From Nitrospirota bacterium (GTDB lineage: Bacteria > Nitrospirota > UBA9217): a stretch of DNA of 64,000 nt. Location of the stretch: NCBI GenBank assembly GCA_963751455.1, contig CAVVUN010000015.1, positions 160,001 through 224,000 of the forward strand, given 5' to 3'. A program made the position numbers and the translations under genes. Below the pieces are notes generated by a model. The model searched no databases. It saw nothing but the letters and a program-made list of their open reading frames with translations, and was not told the DNA's origin. Numbering within the stretch: position 1 is the first letter of the stretch; each line of letters starts with the position of its first letter. This document shows positions 62,024-64,000 of this stretch, piece by piece.

Positions 62024-62526
62024 AGATCCCGTCTTTGTTCAAATCGTCTGCAACAGCCACATAGACTGTGCTCGCCGTATTGACGCCGAAGTTCTGCGCC
62101 CCGATAATTGCCGACAGCAACGGCTTATGTGATGACAAGGACCTTCAGGCCCTCGGGATCGCTTCCAATATCGAGAAGGCGGATTTTTTCATCAATGGTC
62201 CGATCGATTTTACAGGAATTCCGGTCGTCCACTAATAATAAGATCCCGTTAGAGAAAGAATCCTCTAGCGGGATCCTCCGCTTGATCGTTGATCCCTGAG
62301 TGCCTGTCATGCCGCTTGCTCCGCCGCCCGTTTGTCCGCCACCGCCCGCAGTGCTTCCTGCCGTACCCTCGGTTCCGCCTCCGGGTTGACCGGCCCCGCC
62401 CGTCATATCTTGTGCTGTTTCCTTTTCGGTTAATCTCTCCACCAATCGGCAAGCAGGAGATTGCGACCTGTCTCGAGCTTCACTATTCATCTATCAGCAT
62501 GATCTTTAAGTGACGGGTAGTGTTAA

Positions 62527-64000
62527 CCTTGTAGTTGCATAAACATTTCTTGAAAATATGCAGAAACCTCTGGAAACAGGCTTCATTATTGGATATAGTG
62601 CTCCTGCGATATCATTATTTCACTCAAGCAGGAGGCCACTGAAAGTGAAGTCCAGTAAAGCACAGGTTCTAAGCCGCGTTCACAAAATACCGGAACTGAA
62701 GTTCGAGGATCAACAGCTCACTTCCTACGCGGGCCTTGCTATCATTCAGGCATTCTTCACGAAGCTGAATCTGAAAGCCCGCTTGAAAAGCTGCTTTGAT
62801 CATCTACCGTCGAGCGCCATCTTCGGCAATCACGTCATTACGCTCGTGCTGATCGTGCATCTGATGCTGGGTTATCGGAAACTCCGCGACATCGAATACT
62901 ATCAGGACGACCTTATGGCGCTTCGTCTTCTGGGCCTCCGAAAAATGCCGGACGTTTCCACGATCAGCCGGGCATTGATGACGGTCGACGCAAAGGACAT
63001 TTTGAATCTTCGTCGGTTCTGCCGGGAAATGTCGCTCTCCCGCATACAGGGTTTGAAGCTTCGTCGCGTGACGCTTGATTTCGACGGCTCTGTGCTCTCG
63101 ACCTCCCGATGGGCTGAGGGTGCCGCCGTAGGCTTCAACAAAAAGAAAAAAGGGCAGAGAAGCTATTATCCGCTTTTCTGCATGATCGCTCAGTTGGGCA
63201 TGGTCCTTGACGTCCTGCCCCGTTCGGGTAACGTACATGATTCCAACGGCGCCCGGGCGTTCATCCTTGCGTGCATCGAACAGGTGCGTGCAACCTGTTC
63301 GGATATCGTCATCGAAGTGCGCATGGACAGCGCTTTCTTCAGCGATGAAATCGTCGGCGCGCTGGAGCGCGACGGAATTGAGTTCACCATCTCGGTCCCC
63401 TTTGAGCGGTTCTCCGAACTCAAACACATGATCGAAGCCAAAAAACGCTGGAGGCGTTACGATTCCGTTGTTTCCTATTTCGACACACCCTGGAAGCCGA
63501 AAAGCTGGGACAGCCGGTTCCGCTTTCTTTTTATTCGTCAAAAAGCCAAAAAGCAGTCAAAAGAGCCGGTGCAGCTTGATATGTTCACGCCGCACGAATA
63601 CGGGTTTGACTTCAAGGTGATCGTTACAAACAAAACAACGACGGTGAAGAAAGTCCTGAACTTCCATCAGGGCCGCGGTTCTCAGGAAAACATCCTTGGA
63701 GAGCTAAAGTCCCAGTGCAATATGGATTACGTGGCTGTGAGAAGATTGCACGGAAATCAGCTATACATGATGTCGGCGATCATCTCGCACAATCTCCTGA
63801 AGGAACTTCACATGGTCGCGCATGAACCCGACCGGGGCACCACCGAAAAACGGGCCGCTCTTTGGGAGTTCACGGAGCCCAATACCCTGCGAAGAACACT
63901 TATACAGCGTGCCGGCCGCCTGACACAGCCCGGCGGCAAGCTAACTCTGACAATGAACGCCAATCCACGAGTCAAAAAGGGGTTGTTGCATTATCTCGAC
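62527..64000 (+). mobile_element. IS1380 family element; transposase from GTG 62645 runs off window
   Basis: LTSYAGL, TLDFDGS, SYYPL, VRMDSAF, RGSQEN..ELK; TTAA|CC left end; ORF absent from track because it has no stop in window. Confidence 0.88.

Noticed and set aside
62030-62490. Gly-rich ORF 62125-62490
   Set aside because: Contains a MITE remnant, appears broken, and lies next to IS1380; probably a decayed gene
60793-63541. Long antisense ORFs (60793-61752, 62804-63541) and similar shadows elsewhere
   Set aside because: They lie opposite well-supported genes (DHH protein, IS1380 transposase) and have no motifs
1-64000. tRNA, rRNA or prophage genes
   Set aside because: No cloverleaf, rRNA-like or phage structural sequence recognised by eye; tRNAscan was not run

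Overview
Bacterial window, probably from an anaerobic Nitrospirota/Desulfobacterota-like organism (inferred from gene content). 1-27 kb is GC-rich core-like DNA: a mercury-methylation locus (hgcC-hgcA-hgcB), a RACo/AcsV-type corrinoid reactivator, a histidine kinase with an HD-GYP regulator, a speD-speE-decarboxylase polyamine operon, lipoproteins and two aldolases. 27-35 kb is a toxin-antitoxin and repeat-rich zone ending in a truncated IS110. 35-48 kb is a visibly AT-rich island with two sigma-54 promoters. Its first operon encodes a methyltransferase, a THI5/NMT1-type ABC transporter, a divergent thymidylate-synthase-like enzyme, a LOG-family protein, a cytoplasmic kinase and a sigma-54 activator. 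Its second operon encodes an MppJ-like methyltransferase-cupin fusion, an LdpA-like Fe-S protein, an HpcH aldolase and AlaX. This island is my best candidate for an undescribed signalling-plus-biosynthesis system. 48-52 kb is a DNA methyltransferase/Z1-domain restriction-like module. 52-64 kb holds several broken HUH (RAYT/TIRYT) transposases, TA pairs, an IS66 remnant and an IS1380. A ~81-nt palindromic mini-element occurs seven times, and two genes show diverged duplications of their 3' ends. Several single-base frameshifts may be sequencing errors. All calls come from motif recognition by eye, with no database searches.
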